A DNA stretch of 64,000 nt from assembly GCA_033442325.1 (NCBI GenBank), contig JAWQFM010000002.1, positions 25,174 to 89,173 of the forward strand, written 5' to 3'. The notes under the pieces were generated by a model that was not told the origin of the DNA, did not search any database, and saw only the letters and a list, made by a program, of their open reading frames with translations. A program made the position numbers and the translations under genes. Positions 1-11,850 of the stretch are shown one piece after another. Every line of letters begins with the position of its first letter. The stretch's first letter is position 1. Origin of the DNA: Salpingoeca rosetta (lineage: Eukaryota > Protista > Choanoflagellata).

Positions 1-149
1 CATTCATTAGGCGCGACCTACTGACTCGGCCCGACCTAGACGCGCCTACACACCTAACCCCTTGCCTTCCCGTCACCTATCGTCCTCTCTCTATACTTCT
101 ATCGTGTTCCTTAACTTAAAAAGCAGAGGCTTCATACGTTTTGTCCCAG

Positions 150-1530
150 CCTTCCTCCGACTGCACCGAACCATGCACGGGGGGCATCCACGGAAATGAG
201 CGGAGCAGCCAATCGCATGAACATCATCCAGGCAAGCTGTTCCGGCACACCCGTTCCCACAGGTAATCCCCCCCCCCCACACACACACACACAACACACA
301 ACACACACACACACACACAACACCACCCACTCAACTCATACGTGACTGCTGTTGCATTTTGCCTCGTCAGGCCATGTGTGCCTGTCTGCAGCGACGAAGG
401 AGTTGCCGTTCTGCAACACGAGTCTGTCCATCGGTGCCCGCCTCGACGACCTCATTGGACGCCTCAGTCTTCAGGAAAAGGCCGGTCTCATCGGCCCTGA
501 CCGTCACCAGCCCATGCGCTGTTGTTGACTATGGTGTCAAGAGGTGGGAAAGGACATTCAGCGCCTACGCAGTGACTCGTGACTCTGTCTGCTTGTGTTT
601 CCCTTCCCCGTTTCTTCGTGCCACAGCCGCATCAACCGCCACCACCACCACTCACACAACAACACCACCTCCCTCTTCATGCTTGCACATGTGTGCATGG
701 GTGCAGGCTCGACATCCCGCCGTATCTGCATCTGGTGGAGACGAACACGGCCGTTGCATCTGCGTGCAGCAGCCAGGACACGTGTGCCACCACCTTCATT
801 GGCCCCACAGGTCTTGGCGCAGCCTTCAACCGTGTGTGTGTGTGTGTGTGTGAGTGTGTGTGTGTGTGTGTGCCTACGTCTGCTATGTCGGCTTCTTCTT
901 GATCAAAGCTCCTGTCGTTCATTCCCTCCCTCCTCGTCCCACCACCACCGGTTCTTCGCTTCCAGGTCATATCCACGGAGATGCGCGCCTTCAACAATCT
1001 CAACTAACACAGGGCGGCAGCGTCTCACAGAAGATCGGACTCACAGGTGTGCCCTTCATCACGTGTTGCTGATGCTGGTGCACACACCACACCCATGCGA
1101 TCACTCAACAACAGTCGCACGCATTGCTCCCAACCCCCCTTCACACCCACACACTCACTCTCACTCACTCACTTTGCAGGCCCACCCCCTCACCTTTACT
1201 GCACCCCTCTCAACCGCTGAGACCCCTTCTTGAGCGGCGAGTACGCTACTGCATACGTGACGGGCTGCCAGGACGGCCCAAACAAGAAGTACAAGAAAAT
1301 GGCAGCAGGTACGCACACGCATCCACGCTCACACATGCGTGTATGCAAACACCCACAACCGTGTCAGCGACGCTGTTTCATATGCACACTTGGTGGGGAT
1401 CGTGTCATTTACACTGCTGTCACCGCTCCATCGCGCTGTTTAGGTCTCAGGCACATTGACGCGTACTCGGTCGAGACAAACCGCATGGCATTCAACGGGA
1501 ACATCTTCACCTTTGATCTCTGGGACACCG

Positions 1531-1601
<71 letters not shown>

Positions 1602-2091
1602 GTCAGCTCGTGTGCAACCCATCAACATTTCTTGTCAGTTCATCCACGTCACCATGCCTGCGCCATCCCCCCACCTCCCACTTCCTCATCTTCATCCCGC
1701 TCCCCGCTGCCATGTGTTTCATGTGCAGTACAAGCGCGGGCACTCACTGCCATGTGCTCGTACCCCAACATCAACGGCGTGCCCTCTTCGTGTGCGAACA
1801 ACATGCTGCTCAACGACGTCGTGCGCAGGCAGTGGAAGCGTGACATGGTGACGATTGGAACTGACTGCGGTGCGATTTTCAAACATGGTTGTCGCGAACA
1901 AGCACGCCCGCGACTTTCGTCGACGCCGTCGCAAAGACGCTGAACGGCGGCGCGGACATGGAGCTCGGGGAGACACACTTCACCAAAAACGACTACTTGG
2001 GGCAGGCTGTGAAGCACAACCGCACGACTATCAACACGGTGCACAACGCCGTGCGGCGGGTCCTCAAAGATAGCTTCATCGCAGGCCAATG
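150..2091 (+). pseudogene. WSC-domain + glycoside hydrolase family 3 (beta-xylosidase-like) pseudogene, N-terminal catalytic domain only
   Basis: Exons read PSSDCTEPCTG/ASTEMSGAANRMNI (WSC C-terminal half, +1 frameshift in the G-run near 180), KELPFCNTSLSIGARLDDLIGRLSLQEK, ATTFIGPTGLGAAFNR, ISTEMRAF, DPFLSGEYATAYVTGCQ, MCSYPNINGVP and IGTDCGAI (GH3 nucleophile motif TDC). In-frame TAA near 1004 and several frameshifts; GT-AG introns retained. Confidence 0.85.
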
Positions 2092-2297
2092 GTATGTTGA
2101 CTTATGCTGGCTGTGTGTGTGTGCGTGTGTGTGTCTGTGTCTGTGTGTGTGTGTTTGTGTGCTTGTCCTCAATGTCTCTTGTCAGTTTTGTATCGTTGAG
2201 ATGATGAAGCGGTGCACGGTTCCTCAACACCTCACAACAGTATTGTCATTGCCTCTCACGCCATGTTCCCCTCCACTCTCACACCCTCCCTCTCCAG

Positions 2298-5230
2298 ACA
2301 TCGACGAGTGCACGGCCTGTGGGCCCAAGTCTCCCCCGACGGCGAGTATGAGCTCGGCAACGGGTGTGCCGAATGCCACTCCACGCGTGTGCCAGGTGCC
2401 ACCCCACCGGACGCCACCAACTGCCTCAGCCTCTGCGACGGCAACCTCCCCAGCCGTGCATTGCCCATTGCCCTCTCGACTGGCTACTACGCCAAAGACC
2501 ACCGCTGCGTGCCAGGCACCACGTGCGGCATGGGCACCTGGGCCTCCATCCCATGTTCCGCGTCCTCCGACGCTGTATGCTCTCCCTGGACCGAGTGCAA
2601 GCCGGGCCAGAAGGAGTACGTTTCTGGCAACGCCGTGCGCGACCGTGCGTGCGTGAGCTGCATCCTTTGGCATGGAGTACCAGCCGCTGCCGGAACGCGC
2701 CTCGTGCTTCCCCACCAGCGTGTGCGAGGAGCCCTTCATCGAGACCATCCCGCCCACGCTCACCACGGACTGCTTGTGCTCCTGCGACACGCTCACCTGC
2801 AGCAAGCTCATCACGCAGCTGTTTGAGGAGATGGTGTGCGCCGAGCCCACGGACGAGCAGCTCGACGTGGTGCTTGACGTGTGCTGCTCCGGCCAGGGCG
2901 AGGATGGCATCCGCGACACCATTCGCCAGATGGACGCCAACGAGGCGCGCCGCTCCTGCCCAGGCTGCGCAGACACGTGCGAGTGCAGCGCTGGCTTCAT
3001 CCTTGTCTACGAGGCCGACTCGGCCGACTGTCAGCCGTGCGACGGCGTGACGGAGTTCTCCCCATCCATTGGCGGCAGCAAGTGCGAGCCCATTGAGGAG
3101 TGCGAGCGCGGCCAGGAGGAGGTCTCCGCGCCAACCTGCTGTTCCTTGGACCGCGTGTGCGCGACTGCCCGGGCACCATCGATTCGGACAGCGACGGCTC
3201 CATGAGTTGTCAGATGTGCCCCGCTGGCCACTACACGGAGGCGGGCTGCCACGGCTCCTGTTCCAGCTTCACCTGCCGCGCGGGCACTCACCACCACCAC
3301 GACAGCGACTCGCCAGACCCCGTGCGAGGACGTCACAGAGTGCGCGGCGGGCTTGAGGAGGTGCAGGCCATGACGTTCCTCATCAGCGACCGTGCCTGCG
3401 ACGAGTGCCCGGAGGGCACGTACAAGGCTGTCTCTGGCCAGCCAGGGCGTGCCCTGCCTCCCTGTCACCACGTACGACGCCGGCAAGGAGGAGACGGCCG
3501 AGCCCACCTCCACGAGCGACCCTGTGTGCAGCCAGTGCGAGCTTGGCGCCACCTTCAAGCCCGTCGACGGCCAGGCCGAGTCATGCTGCCCCGTCACGCA
3601 GTGCGGCCCGGATGAGGAAGAGATTCGCGAGCCCACGCGCCAGCATGACCGCCTCTGCCGCAAGTGCGTTCGGAACATCACCTACCGCCCCGCCGGCTCA
3701 GACACGTGCGTGTCTGTGTCGCGTTGCGCAGCTTCAGCATACATTTCCACGCACGGCCGTGAGCGAGTGCGAGTTTGGCACCTTCCAGAGCCAGGTGCCC
3801 ACGCTCGACTCCAACCGCGAGTGCACGCTGGAGTGCTCCGAGTGCCCCAGCGGCCGCTACGAGATTCGCGCCTGCTCCACGCTGGAGAACGTGCAGTGCG
3901 CTGGCTGCTCTGCGTGACCGCCGAACACCTACATCCTGCGTGTCTGCAACTCGGAGAACGACGTGTCGTGCCAGCAGTGCAGTACATGCTCTGATGAGCA
4001 GTACCGCAGCGCGCCATGCACCGCCACCAGCGACACGGGGGAGTGCACGACGCTTGACGTGTGCGACCAGGACTAGTTTGAGCTGTTCCCCATCCCCACG
4101 CCGACCACGGACCGCATCTGCCGCGACCTGACCCAGTGCAACCCGTCGACGGAGTACGAGCGCCGCCTGTGCCACCTCATCACCAAGTGCGACCCTGGTG
4201 AGCAGCGCATCCGCGCGCCCACATCCACCTCGGACACCAAGTGCGAGCCGTGCCTCATCGGCAGCACCGACCACGACCGCAACCCGCTCACTGCCTGCCA
4301 GCCGTGGCCCTACGGCCACTATGTGCCGGCGGGCTCCATCGGCTCCTGCGAGCAGTTCCTATGCCCGGCCGGCACCGCCGACGTGGACCGCCGCAACGCC
4401 AGCACACGCTGTGCGCGCCGTGCCAGGCTGGCATGGACTTTGCCGCCCTCTCTGGCCAGCACGCCGTGCACGCTTGTGACGGAGTGCGACCTCGGCTGTC
4501 ATGAGGTGGTGCGCCCTACAATGCGCCCCACCATCTTCACTGACCGCCAGTGCCGCCGCTGCATCGAGGGCCTGTTCTACCGCGACAGCAACACGGACTT
4601 CTGCACGCGCGTGTCGCCCTGCGAGCCTGGCTCGTTTGAGACGGCCGCGCCCACCATCAGCACGGACCGCGAGTGCCAGATGGGCCCGCATATGCCCCAA
4701 CAACAACACGTTCATCTCCCGCCCGCTCAAACCAACGACGTAGAACCACAGGCATCTGCTCGCCGTGGACGCAGTTCCTGTCCAACGAGTACGAGCTCGT
4801 TGCGCCGTCGCTGGTCAACGACCGCGAGTGCCAGCGCGTGCGCTCGTGCCAAGACACGGAGTACGAGGTGTCGACGCCCACGGCCACGACGGACCGCCTC
4901 TGCGCCACCATCAGTGGAGCAGTTTGAGGTGCTTCCACCGTGCGTGTGTGCCCGCGTACTCTGTCTCGCTCGTCTTTGACGCCGAGTTCAACGCCCTTGT
5001 CGGCACGCAGTCGGGTCGCGAGGCGTTTGAGGTCGCACTGGTGCAGTCCATCAACACGACGTAGGACGCGTCGCAGATTCATTCTGCGCATCGACCTGCG
5101 CCAGGGCACCACCATCGCCACCGTCGCTTCCCTCAACGAGGACTTTACGGCGCGCCTCTTCAGATGGTCTACCTCTGGCGACATCACCGTCATGGGCTTC
5201 ACCGCATCGCCATGCGAGGCCGACGCGTTG
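2298..5230 (+). pseudogene. Cys-rich repeat (TNFR/ephrin-receptor-like CxxC ... DRxC) extracellular protein, frameshifted fragment
   Basis: Repeated CxxC and (T/S)DRxC units (SDAVCSPWTEC, RDRAC, HDRLCRKC, SNREC, TDRQCRRC, TDREC, NDRECQRVRSC) alternate among all three + frames, with stops such as the TGA near 3915. GC3-rich coding-like composition. Confidence 0.75.
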
Positions 5231-7966
5231 TGGACGACTCGCCGCGTTGGTTGCACGGGTGCACACGCGATCCCACCCATCGCACACACCAACTGCTGGG
5301 GGCCTCACACGCACGCACGCTTGCAATTACACGTCGGTGCCACATCCCCCACCACGACATCCACAGCAGGCATCATCATTGCACCTGTTGTGATCGAGTG
5401 CTATCAGCACATGCCACCTTCACCTCCCACATCTTCGTCATCATCCTAGCACTGCTGCTGCCACCACCCACCACCAACGACAGCAACGAGCTCAAGGCAT
5501 CGGATGCAGTTGACTCTTGGACCACCACGGCGTTGTTGGAAGTGACGCCAGCAGCAGCAGTGGTGCACGCCATTGCAACAGCAACGACAGCTGATGAGGT
5601 GGTGGTGGTGAATGTGATTGTGTTTGCATTCCTCACTAGTTCCAGCAACAGCAAGGAAGTGGGCACTGTGCTTCTGGTGGGCACGCGTGTGCTGGCTGTT
5701 GTTGGTACCATGGCTGGCAACAGCTGCTGCTGCAATGCGAGGCAACGGCAGTGAAGAAGGAGATGGATGTATGTGGTGTGCATGGCGCGCAGCGACGCTT
5801 CCTTTGTGGTTGGCTGTGCAATTGCATGTGTGCGCACACCGATGACGACGATGATGAGACGGCGGCCAATCAAATCACTTCCCATCTGAAGAGCCACCGC
5901 GTCATGGCTGGTGCACGCGTGCATGTCTTTCTTCCTGCAGGTCGCCATCGACAGAGCAGCGTTGCAGTGCGCCATGCGGTGTTTGATGATGCGTCGTTGT
6001 TGTTGTCACTGCGTCGGCTGTTTGTTAACACGTATGCCGTGCATGCCCACCTTCCTTCCTCCCTGCCTTCCTCCCTGCCTTCCTTCTTGCTGTCTCTCTG
6101 CTCTGCCACTCTCCCTTGTCAGTGTTGTGTGTTTGGCCGTGTTGCGGTGATTCCACCTTGCGTATCCAATCGTTCTCCAACAACAATACATTGGGGACAG
6201 AGCCAAGACATGAAGACACGACAACAGCCCTCAAACGGGGCACACAGTCAGCACCAACGTGCACATGTCTCACCACTTCACCTTCTATCCAAGCAAGAGA
6301 GGAAAGCAGAACCAGGGACACAGCACTGCTCAAGACAACAGTCACATCGCATGGTGCCACTTGCAAGGCAGCCAAACAGCCAAGTGCAACGTGGCCTGCA
6401 CCAACAGCACCAACGACAAGGCCGCAGGCATCCACCAGCCACCACTGTGTGTCAGGGTGCTGCAGGCAAAGAAGACACACAAAGCGGGTCACTCCACGAC
6501 GCTATTGTTGTTGTTGCTGCTGTACTTGAACGCCTCGCACCAGCCCTTCAAGCAAGCCCCTCCAGTGTCAGCTGCACTTGGTTGCCATTGTTGTCAGCTG
6601 GTGGTGCTGTTGTCGTGTGCACTGTGTCTCGCGGATGGCCTGTGTGATGAAGCAGAACGTGTCCAGCACCACCACGATGGTGTCAGGTGAAAGCAGTCGC
6701 CGTTGTCACGCACGTCCATCAAGCCTGCTTGTGTGGTTCACAAAACGAAGCCACGCACGCGCAAGGCAGTACCAGCAAGAGTGAGTGAGGCAGGTGCGTG
6801 TGTGTGTGTGTGCGTGTGTGCGCATCACAGCAGGTTATGTGGAGAACACGCACGAGGAGCTGCGTGCAGGCCATCACATGGAAGCAAATGATGATCAGGA
6901 GGCAAAACACGGAATCACTCACTTACAAGCAAGGATGCCGCTGCCACTTGCCACTGCCATGGCCTCGTGCATCGACGATGCCGTCGCCAGCCAGTGAGCT
7001 AGTCAGCTAGCCAGCTTTCAGTCAGGAAGGGAGTGTCCAACATCGTGTGGGGGCAGCAGGCTAAGGAGGATCTTGCACGGTTCTTCTCGTGTGCTTCGCA
7101 CCACCAACACCTCATTTTTGTTGTTTTCAGCCCATGCTGCTGCTGGTGCTGTGTTGGCGAGCAATAGGGGGAGATGGCCAGTCATTCGGGGTTGCCACCA
7201 CGTCGGCTAGCGTTGGCACCACCGCTGATCCATGCATGGAGTGCAATGGTGGCTGATTGTTGGTTGGTTGAGTGAGTGTTGGAGAGGGAAGGGGAACACG
7301 AGCTGATGGGAAGGAGAAGGAAGGTGGAAGGAAGGGAAATGGTGCTGTGGGTCGGTGGAGGTTGTGCAGTCGCACACCAGTCAGTCAGTGGGAGAGGGAA
7401 GTGAAGGGAAAGGAAGTGGTGATCACTTCTGTACTTGGCATGGAGCAGCGCTCTCACCACAGCAGAGCAGAGAAGAGAGAGGAGAGGAGAGGAGAGGAGA
7501 GGAGGGGAGAGAGGAGAGGAGAGGAGGCACTGCAGCACATTCAAACTCATGCACTGGCTGGTTGGATGGTTTGTTGAGAGTGGTTGGTGTTGTTGTGGGG
7601 AGAAGGAGAAGGACAGCTGGCCGGCTGCTTTGTGGAGGAAGATATGGGGAGTTTTCGTGGCTGCGCGAAAAAGGAATGGTGGTGGAAGTCTTGACGTACT
7701 TTTCGTAGGGTGCGGAGTGTTTGTGAAAAGGAAACCGCCCCAAGAAAGGCACAGCAAACAACAAGCAGAGAAGGGAAGAAGAAGCAAGCACTGCAAGCAG
7801 TGGTTTGTTTTTGTTTGTGGTGTGTCCTCTCCACTCCATTTCTGCGTCGTTCCAGTCACAGCAGAGGTCTCACAGCACCCCAGCCAGCCAGCCACACAAA
7901 CAACAAGCAAGCAATAGGAGAGAGAAGAGAGGGAGGAGGAGAACAGACAAGGAGGAGACAGGGCAG

Positions 7967-10900
7967 ATGGGTGACACCCACAGCAAGGCAGAGGGAGAGG
8001 AGAGGGCGAGGGAGGAGGTGGAGGCCTTGCTGGCGCAGACAAAGCTGAATGATGAAGCGAAAGACAAGATCAGGGCCATCGCCAACAACACGTGTGGGGA
8101 TAAAGTGAGGTGAGCGCATACCAAAATGGCATATTGCTGTGTTGGAGAACAGCACGCACCCTGCATGCTCTGCTCTCAGCTTGCCTTGTTGCTGGGCTTT
8201 TCGTGTGGGGCAACCACAATCGCCATGGCCGATGTGACTTATTGTCTGCTTGTCTCTTGGCCTGGCACGCATTGAATGGCAGCTTTGTTCGGGCTGGCCT
8301 CGGCGACAGTGGGGTGACCGCGTTGGCAGAGGCGCTCAAGGACAACACCTGCCTCAAAGAGCTTGAGTACGTGGTGATTTGAACTGCATCGTGTGGCATG
8401 CATTTCTGGTTGATTGCTTCATGCTGGTTGTTGGCTATCGTCTTTTCCTCTTTGTGTGCTCACGGCATGTGTTTTGACCGCCCACTTTCCGTGTTGACAG
8501 CCTGTGGTACAACCGCATCAGCGATGAGGGCGCACTGGCGTTGGCGGAGGTGCTGAAGCACAACACGACCATGACAAAACTCTTGTGAGTTGAACACACA
8601 TGCATGCATGTTTGGAGATGGGCTGCCTCACTGCCGTTGCAAAATGCCCTGTGCTGTGGGTGCGCATGCGCATGTGTGGTGGGGGTGGGGTCAATGACAA
8701 TGGTGTTACCCGCAGCGATCATCCCGTTCTCACTCACTCTTCACCCATATGGCATCATCGCTGTGCGTGGCATCATACCATCTTGACAGCCTGGAACACA
8801 ACAACATTGGTCCTGAGGGCGCTGTGGCGTTGGCGGACGCACTGAAGCACAACACGACGTTGACCGCACTCATGTAAGTGTGACACACATACATGCACGC
8901 ATGTTTGGATGGCAACGGGCTGCGTCAATCTCATTGCACCATTATCCCGTGCTGTTTGTGTGGGTGTGCGTGTACGGATGCACCGCGGATGCTCATGTGT
9001 GGTGGGGTGGATTCCATGTGTTGCTACCCACTGCAATCATCCCTCACTCACCCCTCCTCTCATGTGGCATCATCGCCCTGCGTGGCATCACACCATCTTG
9101 ACAGGTTGAGGGGCAACCGCATTGGTCCTGAGGGCGCTGTGGCGTTGGCGGAGATGCTGAAGCACAACACGACCTTGACTACACTCGAGTGAGTGTGCAC
9201 ACATGCATGTGTGGATGGCAATGCGCTGCGTCACTGCCATTGCGCAATGCCCTGTGCTTTGCGAATGCACGTGTGTTGTGGAGTGGGTTCAACGACTGTG
9301 TTTCCGCCCACAGCGACCTTCACGCGCTCACTCACTCTTCCTCGCTCATGTGACATCATCACCCTGCGTGACATCATTCCATCCTGACAGCCTGGCACGC
9401 AATTCCATCGAGGATAAGGGCATTCTTGCGTTGGGGGAGATGCTGAAGTACAACACGACCATCGAAGGCCTCGAGTAAGTGCACACACAAACACGTGCAA
9501 ATTTGAATGGGCGGTGTCACTGCAGTGTGTCATTGCCTCCGCGCGCATGCGAGCAATCAGGTCACATTCCTGCCTGCGAATGCCAGCCGCTGCGTTCGTT
9601 TTTGCCCACTCACCGAGATCCTTATCTCATCCAACAGCATGCACAACAATGGTACCACGGAGCGAGCCATGGTGAATGTGCTGAAGCAGCTGCAAGTCAT
9701 GGACACCAAGGCCAACATACGGTGAGTTTCATGCCCTTGCCACATCGCTCATTCAGCTACCCACTCGGTGTCAGGTCACCCTCTTCCTTCTCACATCCCT
9801 CTGCGCTTTCCCCTAGGCTGTTCGAGGACAAGCTCAAATCCTCCACCGCCGTTGCCCGTGTACTGGCCACGCTCCGCATCAAGCGGCCAGACTTCAACGT
9901 CGTCTTCTGCAAGTGGTGAGTCCATGTCAGGCTTCCTCTTGCTGCAACCACTGCTCCCACCTCACCTCCTTTCCTCTATTCGCGCTGCATTCTTCTTCTC
10001 CTCAGGCGTGTCAAATTTTTCAGAACAAAGGACGACTTCAGCCCTGCCGCCAGGGCCGCCTATCAAGATCAGCTTGATCTCCCGAAACTGCTTGAAACAG
10101 GCCCCGTCCCTCTTGGGACAGCGAAGGTGTTCGTGTGCGGCGATTGCGGCATCGGCAAGACGACCATGCTCGAGTCGCTCCCAGATGCTGATGAGGGCAG
10201 CAGTTACCTTCCCCGATTCCTGTCATCTTGGTTCGGGCAGCCACGTCATGATCCAGAACAGCCTGGTGCTTATGGGGTCATCGGCTACATTGGGCGATTT
10301 GTATCAGCTTTTTCCTGGCAACCACGCCACGATCCACGCCAGGCATGCGCGCACACGCCCGGCATTCGCGCCCGTGAAATGAAGCTCAAACAGAGCCACA
10401 GCAGCGATGACACTGCGTCTCTTCATGTGTACGACTTTGGTGGAAGCCGGGCCTATCACGTGATCCACACGCTCATGATGTCGGATCGCTTCGCTGCGTT
10501 TGTCGTCTGCGTCGACCTCTCCCAACCAGAAGAGCACGTGAAGGAGCGCGCCAACTACTGGCTGCAGTTCATCTGCACGCGACTGAAGCAGGGCATTGCG
10601 GCTGCCACAGCAACAGCAGGCGACGACGAGACAGAAGACACGAAGCCGCGCGTCGTGATCGTGGGCACCAAGAGGGATCTTGCCCGAAAGATTGGGCTTG
10701 TTGAAGCATTTTGGCAGCCCACTTGGAGCGCAGCGATGGTCGCACACCTCAAAAGAACGTATGGCAGCATCGTTGACATCCAAGACAGCCTCATCTCCCT
10801 CAACTGTCATGGGCGTGGTGATGTCAGTTTCAACACGCTTCGCGCGCGCCTTGTGCGAAACTGGCGGTGGATGAAAGGGCAAGAGGTTCTCGTCCCCAGA

Positions 10901-11817
10901 GTTGTGGATCGGCTTGCGACAGCCCTCCAGTCAGCCAGGAATGAGAAGCCAGCGTGGGTCATCGATTCGCTCTTTCAGTTTGTCCGAACCCACACGCCTG
11001 GACTCGACTTGACCTCCTTTGACATGACAATGTTTTCTTCTGCGCTGAGGTAGGCTTGCAAGACTTCGCAGATTTGTCATCCTTGTTGTGCAAACAGTTG
11101 ACTGACTTGAGGACCAGTGCCAGAATGCTCACACACGCCTACACCCTTGCTGTCCCTGCTTCCCACACATGTACACAGGTACTTCCACACACGTGGCGAT
11201 CTGCTCTGGTATTCCAACACCCCATCCTTGGCGGATTTCGTCTTTGTTGACCCCAACTGGCTGCTTCATGACGTGCTGGGGAGAGCGCTGACGCCGGATG
11301 GCGTGCAGCAAGGCTCGATCACAAAAAAAGGCGTTGTGACCTTCACAGACCTGGAAACCGCATTTGATGGCATCGCCGACGCAGATCTCGTCATCAACGT
11401 GCTGCAGCACATGCTCTTCTGCTTCGAGCTGCCGCCTTCGAACTATGGCCAACAGCGATTCATGCTGCCGAGCCGTGTTGAGGAGGAAGTCGATCTCGCA
11501 ACCGCCTGGCCTCAAGCTGGTTTCTGGCCCCTCTATGCCGGACGACTGCTGGTGGTCGAGAAGAAGGCGCTCGCACTGCCACCTGGCTTCTTCCCACACG
11601 TGCAGACGCTGCTGCACAATTCGTTTGGCACAACCCTTAGGGTGTGGGAGGATGCCTTCTTCTGTGAACACGATGGCGTGCAGTGCCTCGGACTGCTGCG
11701 TGGCGATCGACAAGTCGACGTCTGGGTGCGGGCATCTTCTGGCGCAGAGCACAAAGCCCTGCCATTCATGACAAAGGTCAGTTTGTGAGCGATTGTGAGT
11801 GCTTGTGGGCATGTATG

Positions 11818-11850
<33 letters not shown>

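Noticed and set aside
51-62. cctaaccc as a telomeric repeat
   Set aside because: A single unit only; not evidence of a telomere.
5400-7100. Thr/Val-rich and hydrophobic ORFs on both strands
   Set aside because: No recognisable motif or consistent frame; may be decayed coding DNA, but no call can be supported.
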